Under the pieces are notes generated by a model. It was not told the origin of the DNA. It was given only the letters and a program-made list of their open reading frames with translations, and made no database searches. The translations under genes and the position numbers were made by a program. A stretch of 60,302 nucleotides of DNA, filler included, from Hausera hauseri (Eukaryota): NCBI GenBank assembly GCA_046269625.1. It is 9 parts of 9 records of this genome, joined end to end, with 100 filler letters (N's around TTAATTAATTAA, not from the genome) between each part and the next. Parts side by side here need not be neighbours in the genome. Positions count along the whole stretch, not along the records: positions 1 to 8,021 come from JBJURY010815420.1; positions 8,122 to 14,108 come from JBJURY010157867.1; 7 more parts are not named here. One strand, 5' to 3'. Numbering within the stretch: position 1 is the first letter of the stretch; every line of letters begins with the position of its first letter. Below, in pieces: positions 1 to 13,059 of this stretch.

Positions 1-2220
1 CTGGATACACATCTATTACCGCTCATCAATGACATCCTACATAGACTCAATAGCACCATCGTATCTTCATCCATCGATTTTCATAAAGCCTACCATCACA
101 TTCCTGTCTCACTTGCTGACATATCGAAAACGACTGTGACAACACCTTTCAGCCTTTTTGAGTATGTTTTCATGCCTTTCGGTCTGCATATTGCCTCGCC
201 AACATTTCAAAGATACATTGACATAGTCCTCACTGGCCTAAATTTCGCATTTCCTTACACAGATGACATTCTCATATCCTCGTAATCTCCTAAGCAACAT
301 TATGAACATTTACGGAGTTTTTCGAGGCCTTCACCAAAATAATCTAGAATTAAATTTCGCTAAATGTTCTTTTTTTCCAACACAAAATCCATTTAGTTGG
401 TCACACCACCACAAAATTTGGCCACTCGTCCCAACAAGACTGTATAACTCAACTTAGAAACATCCAACTACCATAATCAACGACTGGAATGAGCTATTTT
501 CTTGGCACGCTCCACTTTGTTCACAAATATGTGCCACACTGCTCCGAATTAACCGCATCCTTTGCATTTCCATCGTCTGAAGAAAAGGAACAATTAATTC
601 ACTGGACGCTTGAACTTGTCAGCCGATTCGACCATTTACTTGAAGGTTTAAAACCGTTGAAATTCTAACATACTCCAAGCCTGAAACAGAGGTGATATTA
701 ACCAAAGATGCCTCTACCGCAGCAGTCGGCGCAGTACTGCATCAAATTTCTAATATCATCAATGAGCCTTTGGCATTTTATTCTCGGAAACTTATACCAT
801 CAGAAAGTCTTTACTCAACTTTCGACAGAGAGATTCTAGCTATAGTATTAATTTTAAAAGATTTCTCCCATTTGTTAATCGCCAGATCTTTTCTGATCCA
901 AACGGATCACAAACTTATTATTCGCATTATGGATACGAAAACTCCTTCACCTATATAAGAATGTCACATATCATACTTTTCGACATTCACTTTTAAAATG
1001 GTACATATTTTTTGTCGAGATTAGTTAACACCATTGGAATCAATCCAATATTTTTAACAAATAGTGCTTCAGAAGAACCTTCCAGCATAATTTATTCTTA
1101 AATCCTTTAAATCACCCCAAATTATTGATGGTATTGCCTACGACACTTCTAAACCCGGTAATTCCAAACCCATACTGTCCTAATCCTTACAGAAAACTGA
1201 ATTTCATAGCATGCACTCTCTTCATCATCCGCGTGCAAAAGCAACTTTTCGTTTTTTGCAACGCAACGTTATATGGCCGTCAATGAGATCAGACATACAG
1301 GCATGGATTAAGCAATGTGTGGCATGCCAAAATTTCAAAACCAACAAAAATTTGAAGCCACCATTATATCACTTTTGTACGTTGCGTTTCGCGTCCGTGA
1401 ATATTGACCTAGTCGGCCCTCTTTGTCCTGACAACGGCAATCAATTCATTTTGACCACAATAGACCGTGCCTCTCGATAGCCAGAGGCCATTCCATTACG
1501 CTCCACCGACACTGACACCATCGCGGATGTTTTCCTCAAAACTTGGATTAGCATATTCGGCTCACCTCGCTTCATCATCACGGACCAAGGTCCACAACTT
1601 GTGTCAAATCTTTTTAAATTCTTAGTCAATAGCCTGGGGATCAAATACATACGCACTTCTAAATTATCATTCCCAAGCGAACGGGTTACTACAAAGATTA
1701 CACTGCACAGTGAAAACCTCACTTAAAATCTTCGCTGATTCACGCACCAACTGGATAGCTCCTCTATCTCTTGTCCTGCTTCGCTCGTGAAACACACTCT
1801 CCACGACTACGGATTGTGCTCCTGCTGAATCATTCTTTGGGATACCTATTTGATCTGGACGACACACCAACAGAAGAGCTCATTCGACGTGCACAAAGTC
1901 ACTTTGTTGCAAACAAAGATTCATTTTGCAAAATAGTAAATTATAACAAATCAAACATGCCAAATGATTTATACACCGTTAAGTTTGTTTGCTTTCGTAA
2001 TCCCTCGCTTCGTGTTTTTCAGTCACAATACGTTGGGCCGTTCAAATTCCTTTCTTTATCTTCTCATACGGCTACTATTCTTGAAGGTGGTAAAAACAAA
2101 CTGTTGACATCACAAACTTAAAACTTGACTTCTTTTTAGACTATTGTTCTAACGAGCCATAAATCAACTTCCACACCACGAGCCCTTTTCTAGATTATTA
2201 TGTTCCAATTTCACATCTTA
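1..2220 (+). mobile_element. Decayed Ty3/Gypsy pol (RT, RNase H, integrase); same family as the copies in contigs G and I
   Basis: RT MPFGL and YTDD; RNase H DASTAAVGAVL...YSTFDREILAI...TDHK; integrase HHCC (HSLHHP...CVACQ), IDLVGPL, TDQGPQL, C-terminal YVGPF. Many stops and frameshifts. Confidence 0.93.
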
Positions 2221-2589
2221 CTAATTCAATGCGCCTCGATCACCACCTTATCCAATTTTCATCTCTACTTCTATTCTTTTCACCCCTGTTTCCAGTTCCT
2301 TACCTGCTATTTCTTATATCTCATTTTCTATTTCTAACTCCCCGTCCACTACTTCTTAATCATCACTTTCTACTTCTACTTCTTTTTGTCACCTTTCATC
2401 TATATTTCTCACTCCAATTTCTGCTTCTCAAGCTTCATTTTTTAGTTCTCATTTCTCACTCTCTTCCTCTACTTCTCCTGCAACTAATCCTTCTTCACAA
2501 CTCTCGCTTCCTTCTGCACAAGCAGTACCCCACGACTACGCAGTAACTGAGATTTGGTGCCTCATAATTCTGGAGATGTTTCAACCACT

Positions 2590-3500
2590 TTATCACAACC
2601 GAGAAGCCCAAGCGCTGTTGAAAACAGTGTCAGACGTATCAAGTGCTTGTATTCATGAAGTAGTCCACGACGACTATGCTGAGTTCTCAGAACTCTCACT
2701 GCTCTTTCTGGAAGTCAGTGAAGAGGAAGTGCAGTGTCGCCGACTTGGTACACTTAATAAAACCGGTGGATGGAAAAGCCAATCTACTGCTTCAATATTT
2801 CATTACTGGAGAACAGCACTAAATAACGGTCACCAGGAACAATCACCAACAAACATCAAATGCCGAAAGTCCAAGCATTTGTCACTTTCGGGACTCACGT
2901 GTTCTGCAATCGTTGACGTACTTGCACGAAAGCAGTTGACATACAATGGAATGGCTTACAACTGTTTAAAAACTGCTGCAGTTTCAATTGGTTCAATCTG
3001 CAGTATGAGCATTTGGTCGGAATTTCTAGTACCTGACTGCTGAAATGGTGCCATTACTCTTCAGCACTCGTGCACCTTTATCGGAATGTCGAGCTGTTGC
3101 TTATGAACTGTTTTAAGTTCAGCCAGCCAGTGTGTTATGAAGTCCATTGAATCGTTCTGGATACGAGTGAGGTAAACCACAGTTTCCCGTCATCACGTTG
3201 TTTACACGGCTGTCTGACCTTATTTTAGTGGACCTCTGGTTCACAATGTTGCTTTTATAGACTGACAGCAGCTTTCTTCACCTGCCAGTCAGCGAGTGAG
3301 ACGCTAGTGTAAGATACAAAACGAGCTTGAAAAACATCAAAGAATTCAATGTGGTGAATGATGCTGCTGAATGCGATGCCAAACTATCAAGGGATTTTAT
3401 CAATGATGCTCGTAGGGATGAATATTATCAAAATCTGTTGCAAGTCGTCGAATGCAGTAGTGAGGCAAAGCCCTACCTAAGGAAGAACAGTAATACCTTA
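2590..3500 (+). mobile_element. Decayed hAT-superfamily (hATm-like) transposase, C-terminal half
   Basis: Across frameshifts: HDDYAEFSELSLLFL, RRLGTLNK/RWMEKPIYCFNI, NVVNDAAECDAKLSRDF...YYQNLLQVVE, matching remembered motifs RDDYxE, PGAxHxARWMxKxIY and VVNDxAERxVKL. Confidence 0.72.
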
Positions 3501-3610
3501 TGCCTGATCAGCAGGACCTTTGATAGCACAAACTGAACCATGAGATTACTTGTGAACAGCTGAGCATGTGTTTGCTTCCTGGTTTGCACTAGTGCACTTT
3601 AATACTATAA

Positions 3611-3810
3611 GTTTAGACAGCTTTGTTCTAAAAAATCGGCGGATTGAAATCCGGAGTATCGCTTAGCTTATTGTCATACATTTCAACTCAAATTGAATTC
3701 GAATTAAAGTTTTTATAGTTTTTGAAATATATTTATTTGAAATCCAATTTTGAAACAAATTAAAGGTTAATTATAATTTTACTTATTATTTATTTTCCCT
3801 GTCTTTTATG
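3611..3810. repeat. LTR remnant (3' LTR of the minus-strand element)
   Basis: Direct repeat of 7711-7913 (aaaatcggcggat-gaaatccggagtatc...catttcaactcaaattgaattcgaattaaagtttt). Confidence 0.8.
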
Positions 3811-6800
3811 ATCTTTGTTCACTCTTTTAAACCATTTCATTCTTCTTTTAATACCTCTACCGTATTCCAGATTTTTCAGCTCCCACTGATGCAGCGAAAT
3901 TTGTCGAATTATTTCATACCATCCTTCGAACGTATAAGCATCCTTCCTTCTTCTGAGGATCTACTTTCAAGAACATTTTCTGTCTAATTTTAAAATTTCG
4001 TTTTCCTCTCTTCTCCCCCCTCGAAATTTCCCATTCGGTTAGCTGCTTCTTTAATATGTCTTGTAATGCATTGTATCAGTTTTTCAGTATCGGTCTGTCT
4101 TGTGACTCTACAAGCTGCATGTAAATTGATTTCTCGTTTAAAAACTATTTCAAACGGTGAGTGTCTCGTTGTGCTTTGTACTGTGGCATTTATCGAAAAT
4201 TCAATTTTTGATGGTGACTTCCAATATATCTCAAACAGTTCGGATGACCCTTTCTGTCAACCCGTTAGATTGATGTTGAAACTGATTGCTAATTATCACT
4301 CCTGAAAATGATCCAGAAAATTGTCACTCTTAATAGGAATGAACTTTTCTTTTGTCTTTTCTGCTGGGATTTTCCGACATAAGCATTCTTCACATTTTCC
4401 AATAATATCTAAGTCTTTCTATATACCCAGGACGCAATTTGATGATGAATATATTGTTCGTTCTGCACACCTAGATGGCATTGATACACATGTCTTTCTG
4501 TAGTGCATGTTTGCCCGCATTTACCCAATAATAAAAATAGCCATTGATGCAAATTTGTTTAAATATGCAGTGGTAAATGGAATGACTTAAAAAAATATTA
4601 AAACTTTTTACAGTGCATTTATCTTTTGTTTTTAGTTTTTGTAGCCGACGTCATTTTTGTAACTGAACTTACGCAGATTCTTAAATATTAATTTCTATTA
4701 AAAAAATTTATCGAAGTAACCGAAATGATATGACAGATGTTCACACTTTCCACATATTTTTTGAATAAATGGTAATATGTGGTTCATATCTTTATATACT
4801 AGGAAACCGTCTGTCATTTCCAATTTATCGATTATATTGATTATCTCTTTCGAAAGTTTCACGTTTTCCACCGTTAAGCTGTCTAATCGACATTTTACTT
4901 GTTGTATTTTCCTGTTCGTCTTTTATCCACTGCAAGGTTGACCTGAACAATAATGAATTAATATGCTTTACACGCGCTTTTGTTTGTTTAGGATCAGCAT
5001 GTCTTGTTTGGCACTAAGCACCAATATCTTCATAAAACCACGACAATCCATCTGCATTTCCATGCTGTTCGCCCTTTCTATATTCTAGTGTAAAATTAAA
5101 ATCTATTATGTTTTCTTGCCACGTCTGGCATTGCGGTATGATTGGTTTGGTAGAGGTCTTCATATATAATAACGCCTATATGCCTTATGATCTGTTCTAG
5201 CCGTAAAGTGCTTATCATACAGATACTGCTTAAAGTGCAGCATAAACTCTTGTAATTCCAGTAGCCTTCCAGAGAGTTCTAGAGGCATACGTTACCACCT
5301 TCTTTTCATTTCTTATTTGTTGGCTAAATACTGCTCCAATTGCACGAGACGATGCGTCTGTATCCAAAATAAAATCCTTCGTTGGATCCATAAAGCTTAA
5401 TATTGGCGTTTCACGTAGCATGAATTTCAATTGCGTGAAACTTTCTTCACATTCCTTTGGCCAAAACAACTCTCTACAAGTATTCGTGCACGCCTGATGT
5501 AACGGCGCCGCAATGAGCGTGTAAGTATTGATAATCCTTCTGTAGTATTTAAGCAGTCCTGAAAATGTTCTGAACGGCTGGGTACACTTTAGGACTGGGA
5601 AATTCTGGATCTCTTAATTTTAATTGATTTGTTGACACTCCCTAATTATTAGTGGTATATTCGAAAAATATTAACTCCGAAACACCAAATCTGCATTTTT
5701 TGGGATTCATTTTCAGATTTGCAATGCTTCGAAATCGTCTTTGAGTAAATCAGCACGTCATCTATGTATATGACAACACCCGCAAACAATAAGTCTTTGA
5801 ACAGTGTATTCATCAGTCGCTGAAAAGATTCTGGAGCCGTTAAGAGGTCGAATGGGACTCGGTTGAAAGAATATTGTTGTAATCTCGTAAAAAAAACTGT
5901 TTTTGCTTGGGAGTTTTTATCCAACGCGACTTCATCATATGACTTACCGAGGTCTATACTTAAAAAAATTTCGGATTCACCTAACGCATCAAATAAGGTC
6001 TTACATTGCGTCATTGGAAAATAAATTTTCTTTGCTATTTCGTTTAATTTTCTCAAATCCAAACAAATTCAGATTCCTCCATCTTTCTTTTGAGCGCCCA
6101 CTAAAGGAGAATTCCATTCACTTTTGTATCTCCGAATAGTATCCGCTTTCTCCAAGTCATTGAAAAATTGTTTAATTTTACCTTCTAGATGTACTGATTG
6201 TCTTCTAGGATTCTCTGGTTCGAGATCCGCTAACGCCGGTTTTTATTAATTTCATACAGAATGACTTTAAAATATCTATTCCCCCAATAGCTTCAGGTCT
6301 GATTGTTTTTATTACTACCAATTCAATCTTATGTATTTCAGCATCCCACTCCATATTGACTTGTACACGCCCCAAACAACTATCACTTTTCGAAAGGCTG
6401 CACTGAATATTAATGATCATTTAATTATCCCAGGCTGTCCTATTGCTTTCCTATTCTTTTCACTGATTACTGACTCACTGGCTGAACTTACCAACAACAT
6501 TTCTATTCCACACTTGTTCAACTTTTCTTTACTCCGCCACTGTCCATCTTTCCCCACTACCATTGATGCATCTCTATTTTGTAAATTTTCTACGCCAACT
6601 CCACTGACAAAATGCTCACGACAGAGTTTCTGGTGTTTAAAGTTTCCTGCACGTCGTCTTCATATGTCACTATTTTATTCCTATGGTCTTCATACATCTC
6701 TTCCACACACATAGGACTTACCTGTCGTAATTTGAAACAGTTTCTAAATGCGTCCACTTTTATCACATATCAATCACAAGTTGTTTAAAGAGCAGTTTCT

Positions 6801-7710
6801 TCTAATGTGTCCATGTTTTCCACAGAAAAATCAATCACCCTTAGATAGCACTTCAGCTTTCGGAGCTGGTAACTGTTTTATGCAGCATTAGAGCTTACTG
6901 GCTTCATGATGCGCATAGTGCGTTGGAGTCTGTCGTCTCCTATCCATAATTAAACTGAAAGGTGGTTTCTTGTCCTGAGCCATGTTGTTGTTCATCGACC
7001 TTGTTTCAAGCCTTTCTTTTTTCGCATATATTCTGTTCCACTGTTGTATATGAACGGTCTTTTTCATATTCAATGGGTTTTACGTACTGTGTCTTTGCAA
7101 AATTTCCGTTTGGAGAGTTTATCACATCCCGGAAAGATTTCTTCACTGCAGCCACTTCACTGTACTCTTCTACGGTTTGGCTATCTTCAAAAAATTTAGC
7201 CTCTTCCCTCATCTCTTCAACCGTCATTCTTGGTTTAAAAACAAAGCGCTCTCTTAGCACTTTTGAGCTGATCCGTTTTCTCAGAACTTTTTCAACAAAT
7301 TCTTCTTTGTTTAACTCACAAATTTTATCAGTTGCTTGACGCACTCTGATTTCAAATATCAATTTTTTTCTCTTTCTTTTTGACACATATTGGCCAAATA
7401 CCTCAACGAGAGAGTTCACCTTCCTCACAAATGTCATTTTAAACCATATTATGGCCTCTTCAACCGACTGTTAGTTCCCCTTTTTTGTTTAAAATCAGTT
7501 CACAGAATTGTGGCTTGTTCCGTTTACAGGAATTCACATAGTTCCACAAACGGTCGTCGAAAAATTTGTTTGCATGCATCATATCTTCCAGCCATCGTTT
7601 TGCTTTATGCGTGAATGAAGCATCAAATTGCCGAAGTGAGGCATCAAAGTATTTCGGGAAGTGTTCGATACAGTCCGGAGGACTGGAATTACTTGGTCCT
7701 ATGGTCGCTA

Positions 7711-7913
7711 GTAAAGACGGGTTTTCTTGGCAAAATCGGCGGATCGAAATCCGGAGTATCACTTCACTTATTATCACACATTTCAACTCAAATTGAATTC
7801 GAATTAAAGTTTTAAAATATAATTTATTTAACTCCAATATTTGAAACAAATTAAAAATAAATAATAATTTTACTTATTATTTATATTTTCTCGACCGTTT
7901 TTCTCTGTCTAAT
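7711..7913. repeat. LTR remnant (5' LTR of the minus-strand element)
   Basis: Direct repeat of 3611-3810; the adjacent minus-strand TAGCGACC resembles a degenerate TGGCGACC primer-binding site. Confidence 0.78.
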
Positions 7914-8021
7914 GAGAAGTGGCAGTAAAATGCATTCATTTTGCATATTCGGTTTTTTCAAATGCATGGTGGAACCGCTAAGTCATCTCGACAGCAACAA
8001 ATTTGAAAAATAATTTTCGGA

Positions 8022-8121
8022 NNNNNNNNNNNNNNNNNNNNNNNNNNNNNNNNNNNNNNNNNNNNTTAATTAATTAANNNNNNNNNNNNNNNNNNNNNNN
8101 NNNNNNNNNNNNNNNNNNNNN
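8022..8121. other. Artificial contig linker
   Basis: 44 N + TTAATTAATTAA (stops in all six frames) + 44 N; the identical 100-nt block occurs 8 times. Confidence 0.99.
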
Positions 8122-8129
8122 GACTTCCA

Positions 8130-10980
8130 TGCCTAAGCAAACTCAAAACTGCAGTTCATACGTATATTGCACATATTCAATACACAGTCCTCAGAACTGT
8201 CATAATACTATGATGGGCTATTATGGATACAAATTCAATAGGATCCTCTATTATATTTGCCCAGGATGTGAGGCTGTATGTGATGAAGAATACATGCTGT
8301 TTTACGAAGATCATATTGCCCATTTGGCAGACTTCAAGTCAAAGTCAAAGAAGGTCATCTTTAAGGAGCAACAGCATTTTTCGGCAGCAAGGCACTATGC
8401 AGGACTAAAAGGCATAGCAGCAACAGCAGCAGCACATGTTTCATCAAAAAGCCAAAGACAGGGACCAGTTGATGCGACAGCATTAAAGAGAAAATTCCGC
8501 AGAATGTTACTGATGCAACTGGTCAAACAACCCTCCAAGACTTCCTCTTATACGCGAAGGACGAAACAGAGGGAAATCTTTAGGACAACATGGCTGAACT
8601 CATAGCTCTTAAGTTGAATATAAAACTGGAGGCTACGTACATCAATGTTGATGGCCAAGCATCCAGTAAGGCCTTCAAGACCAAAAACAGGTCAGTATTG
8701 GAAATCACCAACATAGAAGAATGGCTGCAAAAGGCGCATGAGAAGCTGATCCGTAAAGCCGGAGAGAGTCAGGATAAGAAGAGCGGATGGACTCTAGCAA
8801 GAGATTGCTTGTGTATGTTCACAAGTACTCTCCAATGCGGGAGAATTAATATATTCAGGTCTCTGATTGGATCGCTAATAAAAAAGTATATGTCACTGTC
8901 CATAACAACGACAATATGTGTTTCATGTATGCCATTCTATCCAAACTGGTAACGGATCAAAATCATGCTTCATGAGTTTGGCTATATAAGTATGTGCAGC
9001 ACAACTATGACTTCCAAGGTATCAAGTTCCCTCCATCCATAGATGAAGCTAAAAAATTTGGAAAAGTCAACAACATGTCCGTCAATATCTTGGGATTGGA
9101 TGAGGAGGAAAAATTTTATTCGCTGCAGATATTCGATGCTGAATTGGAAGATCGTAGGAATCTGCTCCTACTAGACGATGGAGAAAAGAAACATTATGTT
9201 TGGATCAAAGACTTTGAGCGGCTAGTAAGATCACAAATTACGAAACATCATGAACAAATAGAATACGTAAACGGTGCTTGTCCCATTTCAGCGGCGATGT
9301 AGCTGTATTGAATCTTGAAGAGCACAAGATGTACTGCAACAATAATTATTGTATCAGGTTAGAATTTCCCAAGGAGGAGTACATGGAATTTAAGGTCTTT
9401 GGGAAGAAGATCAAGGTCCCAATCGTTATCTATTGCAACTTTAAGGCTATTCTGCGTCAATTACAGAGTTGCGGTCATAATCCCAAACATAACAGCACAA
9501 CGGCATACCAATATCATGAGCTCTCATCATATTGCATGTATGCCAAATGACTGAACAGTGAACCATTTCTATTCAGTGGTTTAGGAACAGCAGCTCATTT
9601 TATGAAACGACTTGAAGATATGACTCATAGGATTGGAGATATGCTGCAGAAGCATAAGGACGACATGAGCATGACGAAGCAGCAAGAAGAAAAATGGCGC
9701 AAGGCAACAGCATGTTACTTTTGCTTCAAATCATTCACTAAGGATAATTATAAAGTCAGGGATCATTGCAATTTTACAGACACATATCAAGGTGCGGCAT
9801 GCAAAAAGTTCAATCTACGTTGCAAAACATGCACATATATGCCTGTAGTGTTCCATAATGTCAGGGGATATGATTCCCATTTCATTGTTCTGGAACTGGG
9901 CAGCATTGAAGGAAACATTGATGTGATCCCTAATAGTGAGGAAAAATACATGACATTTACGAAGCATGTTGGTAAAATCAGGCTTCACTTTGTAGACAGT
10001 TACCGTTTCATGTCGTCTTCACTTAACAGTTTAGTGAAGAAACTTCCTGCAGAATAACTCAAGGAGACGAAGCAGTTCTTCCCCACTACATTTAACCTCG
10101 TCAAAAGGAAAGACGTGTTTCCCTATAACTATGTAACATCATTGGAAACACTGGATAAGACCTCATTGCCGGACAAGAAGGACTTTTACAATATCCTCTC
10201 TGATTGCGATATCAGTGATATGTACTACCAGCATTCCCAGAACATCTGGCATGCATTCCAATGCCGGACAATAGGGGAATTCAGCGACATATACCTCAAG
10301 ACGGGCGTGCTAATGCGACGTATGTCTTTGAGAGTTTCAGGGATGTTACGATAAAGAGCGATGTATTGGATCCGGTTTATTTCTTTACGGCTCCAGGGAT
10401 GAGCTGGGCAGCTATGCTGAAATATAACGGTACTAGACTGCAGATCATAAAGGATTATCACATGATCCTCATGATCGAGAGGCATTAGAGGCGGAATATA
10501 CCAGGCCATCCACCGGTATAGCGAGGCGAACAACCAGTATATGGTCCAGTATGACCCATCCAAGGAATCCTCATATATATAATACCTGGATGCCAACAAC
10601 CTATATGGATGGGCAATGAGCGCCCCATTGTCATATGATAACTTCAAGTGGGTCGAGAATCCTGAAAACATCCCTATGCTGGACCTTGATCTCAGTGGAG
10701 ATACGCGATACATACTGGAGGTGGATATGGAATATCCGGCTTCTATCCACACAAGGCATCAACATCTGCCTTTCTTCCCTCAGAGCAAGCCTCCGCTTCA
10801 TGCAAAGCATAGAAAAATGCTCTGCCATCTGGATAGTAGGGAGATGTATATAGTTTACTACATAAATCTCTAGCAGGCGGTCGGGAATGGACTTCGAATT
10901 ACGAAGATCCATCGGGCCCTGCAGTTCAGCCTGTCAAACTGGCTGCAACCCGACATAGACCGTAACACGAAACTGCGGAT
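8130..10980 (+). pseudogene. Decayed protein-primed family B DNA polymerase with endonuclease VII-like insert (Polinton/Maverick-type), truncated after motif A
   Basis: KSGWTL; HYVWIKDFERL; CYFC...VRDHCNFTDTYQGAAC...NL; PVVFHNVRGYDSHF; FVDSYRFMSSSL; FPYNY; YLDANNLYGWAMS; YILEVDMEYP. Frameshifts and stops throughout; 5' boundary uncertain. Confidence 0.9.
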
Positions 10981-11089
10981 AAATGATGTTGTGCCTATTA
11001 AAATTTTTGTTTTGTCAAAGTCGGTCGTAGGTTTGAAGTCGTCTCTTACCTCATTAGTTCTACCTTGTCATTCGAAACCAACATGGTAC

Positions 11090-11760
11090 ATGGACTACCA
11101 ATGTTCAATCTCATGCTCTTTACTTTGGAACTAATGGCATTGATCTGAACAGGAAAATGGAGTAAAGCTAGTTGATCTAGTCTGAAACCTTCAATGTGTA
11201 ACCAGACTTTGTGATTCTGATAAAAGGTATGGATTTCATCCTATTTTTCCATATTGTCAGTATTAGTACTACCTGTGAATGCAAATACCAACAGTGACAC
11301 TTTACCAGCATTCACATCAACTTGAATTAACTGTTCTAATGACACGGGATCTATGCTTCCATCACTAGTTAATTCAAAATTATTCGGAACTAAAGAAATG
11401 CATTCTGGTTGCAACCCGAGATTTATTTTTAGATAATCAACGATATTTGAATCAACTGCACTGTTTAAATAAATCACCGGAAATTTTGAGCATAATGCAT
11501 TATAGCCTTCAGTCTGATATTTTGAATACCGATCGGCCAAAGCTACTTTATAAACGGCCAGAACTCCATCGTAGAGTTTGTCATGGAACAGTGTAGACGT
11601 GCAACGATATCGCCATATTTTCGAGATCCACTATCATTTTCTCAAAATTATCCATCACTTTTCCCATAACCGAATTTTTCATATCACATTTGAAATCAAT
11701 AAAATGAGGATCAATATGATGATTTTAGCCAATCGTTGAATGATGGCTTCTGACAGAAAC
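11090..11760 (-). pseudogene. PDXDC1: PDXDC1-like (pyridoxal-dependent decarboxylase domain protein) fragment with an in-frame stop
   Basis: WISKIWRY...FHD...ALADRYSKYQTEGYNALCSKFPVIYLNS...LGL...LEQLIQVD...TDNMEK*DEI...VWLHIEG parallels remembered PDXDC1 (GFNVLYNKKPVIYLS...WLHVEG). AG acceptor at 11631-11632; TAG at 11241-11243. Confidence 0.8.
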
Positions 11761-11999
11761 TTTCACCGACCTGACAGTAATTACCAATCATAGAATTATT
11801 TTCCATTAGACATTAATTATAGAAATTGATTTTAGTCGTCGTTCTTTTGAATTGAGAAATGAACGTATGTTAATGCATTTTATCGTGTAAAAAATTCTCA
11901 ATCAGCAAATTTAAGAATTTTATTTTCACTAATATTGAAAGTTAGGCCAAGATAATTGAATTGCGACATTTAAGCGACCGTGGTGGGGCAGATCATCGA

Positions 12000-13059
12000 T
12001 ATCAAAAATTATAAAAGTTCAGTATTATCCATATATCAAGTTACGCTGTTGGTGCACAAAAATTCATACGTTGACATTTTGATGCACCAACAAAGTCTGG
12101 TTAAGACTTGATTATTTTATTGATTTAAATGTCTAAGATACTCGATGGACGGTACCGAAACAATTTATATTTGCTACAATTCGCAGTCCACTACTGCTAC
12201 AATTTATATTTGCTACAACTTGGTTGATTAGGCCGTATCTTGTAGAAGTCAAATTTTATTTTGAATTCTCGATTCACAGGTATTTTACTACACGGATGTT
12301 GCACACCTGCACGAATGGAACAATATCCTATTTTCGGAGTTGGTCCTATTGCTGCCTTGAACACGATACTGATTTTCCTACTGACGGTTAGCTCCGTCCG
12401 AGTATTTACTTGAATACATTGTCTTTTCTTATTCACAGAGATTCTCTGGATATTTTCGTTTAGTAGTCTTATATCTGGGTCAGTGGATTGCAACATTTTG
12501 TTCAGTTTTACTCCATGATCCTTATTCCAAGCAGGAATGACTAGTTGAAACTGTGGTTTTGTTTCATACATTTTAGATAAGCTTGGTAGGTACAGACGAT
12601 AGGTTAGATTATAAGTATGTCCGAAATCTATGTCACAATATTTCGTACGTTCTTCTAACTCAAAGTCACAATTCTCTGTTTTTTTGTTATTACGTCATCT
12701 AAGACAATTAGGATCCTTCCAGAATTTCGGTGTGTTTTCCATGTTTTAAATCAAACGCATGTAAAGTTAGGAGAGTAGTAGTGGATCATTACTGTTTGTA
12801 ATAATCTTATACCTTCTTGTCTTTGGTTTTCTTCGACTGCTGATTTTCTTTCCGTTTTAATAACCTCCAATCTCGTTTCACTTTTCCGAACTCTGTAACT
12901 GTCGTACCACCAGTTAGCTTGTGTTCTTGGAATATAGGAGGCAATTAGCAATAATGCTAAAACTATTTGAACGTAAGATGTTGGTTTATTAATTATGGAA
13001 GACGTTTTTGTTTTCTTTTTATCTTGATGGGAGCTATATCGCAAATTGTAATGTCTTTC
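12000..13059 (-). pseudogene. Putative env-like extra ORF directly downstream of, and in frame with, the integrase C-terminus
   Basis: GPYEVIRT...HYNLRYSS...SYVQIVLALLLIASYIPRTQA/NWWY read without a stop; then frameshifted pieces with Cys and sequons NFT and NLT. Confidence 0.5.

Larger units (their letters stand above)
3611..7913 (-). mobile_element. Decayed LTR retrotransposon (Ty3/Gypsy) with both LTR remnants
   Basis: Minus-strand order gag (about 7440-6700, knuckle remnant CGKHGHIRRNC), protease-like (AIGGIDIL), RT (IDLGKSY, PFDLLTAPESFQRLM, YIDD), RNase H (LDTDASSRAIGAV), integrase remnants (CEECLCRK, HQSNGLTERVIRT); flanked by direct repeats. Confidence 0.88.

Noticed and set aside
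2229-2546. Leu/Phe-rich membrane protein ORF (also the tail of 43389-44276)
   Set aside because: It is an off-frame reading of the pyrimidine-rich low-complexity tail after integrase.
8066-8077. Recurrent TTAATTAATTAA as a biological repeat
   Set aside because: It is always centred in identical N blocks, so it is an assembly linker. ORFs ending in XXXLIN are artefacts.
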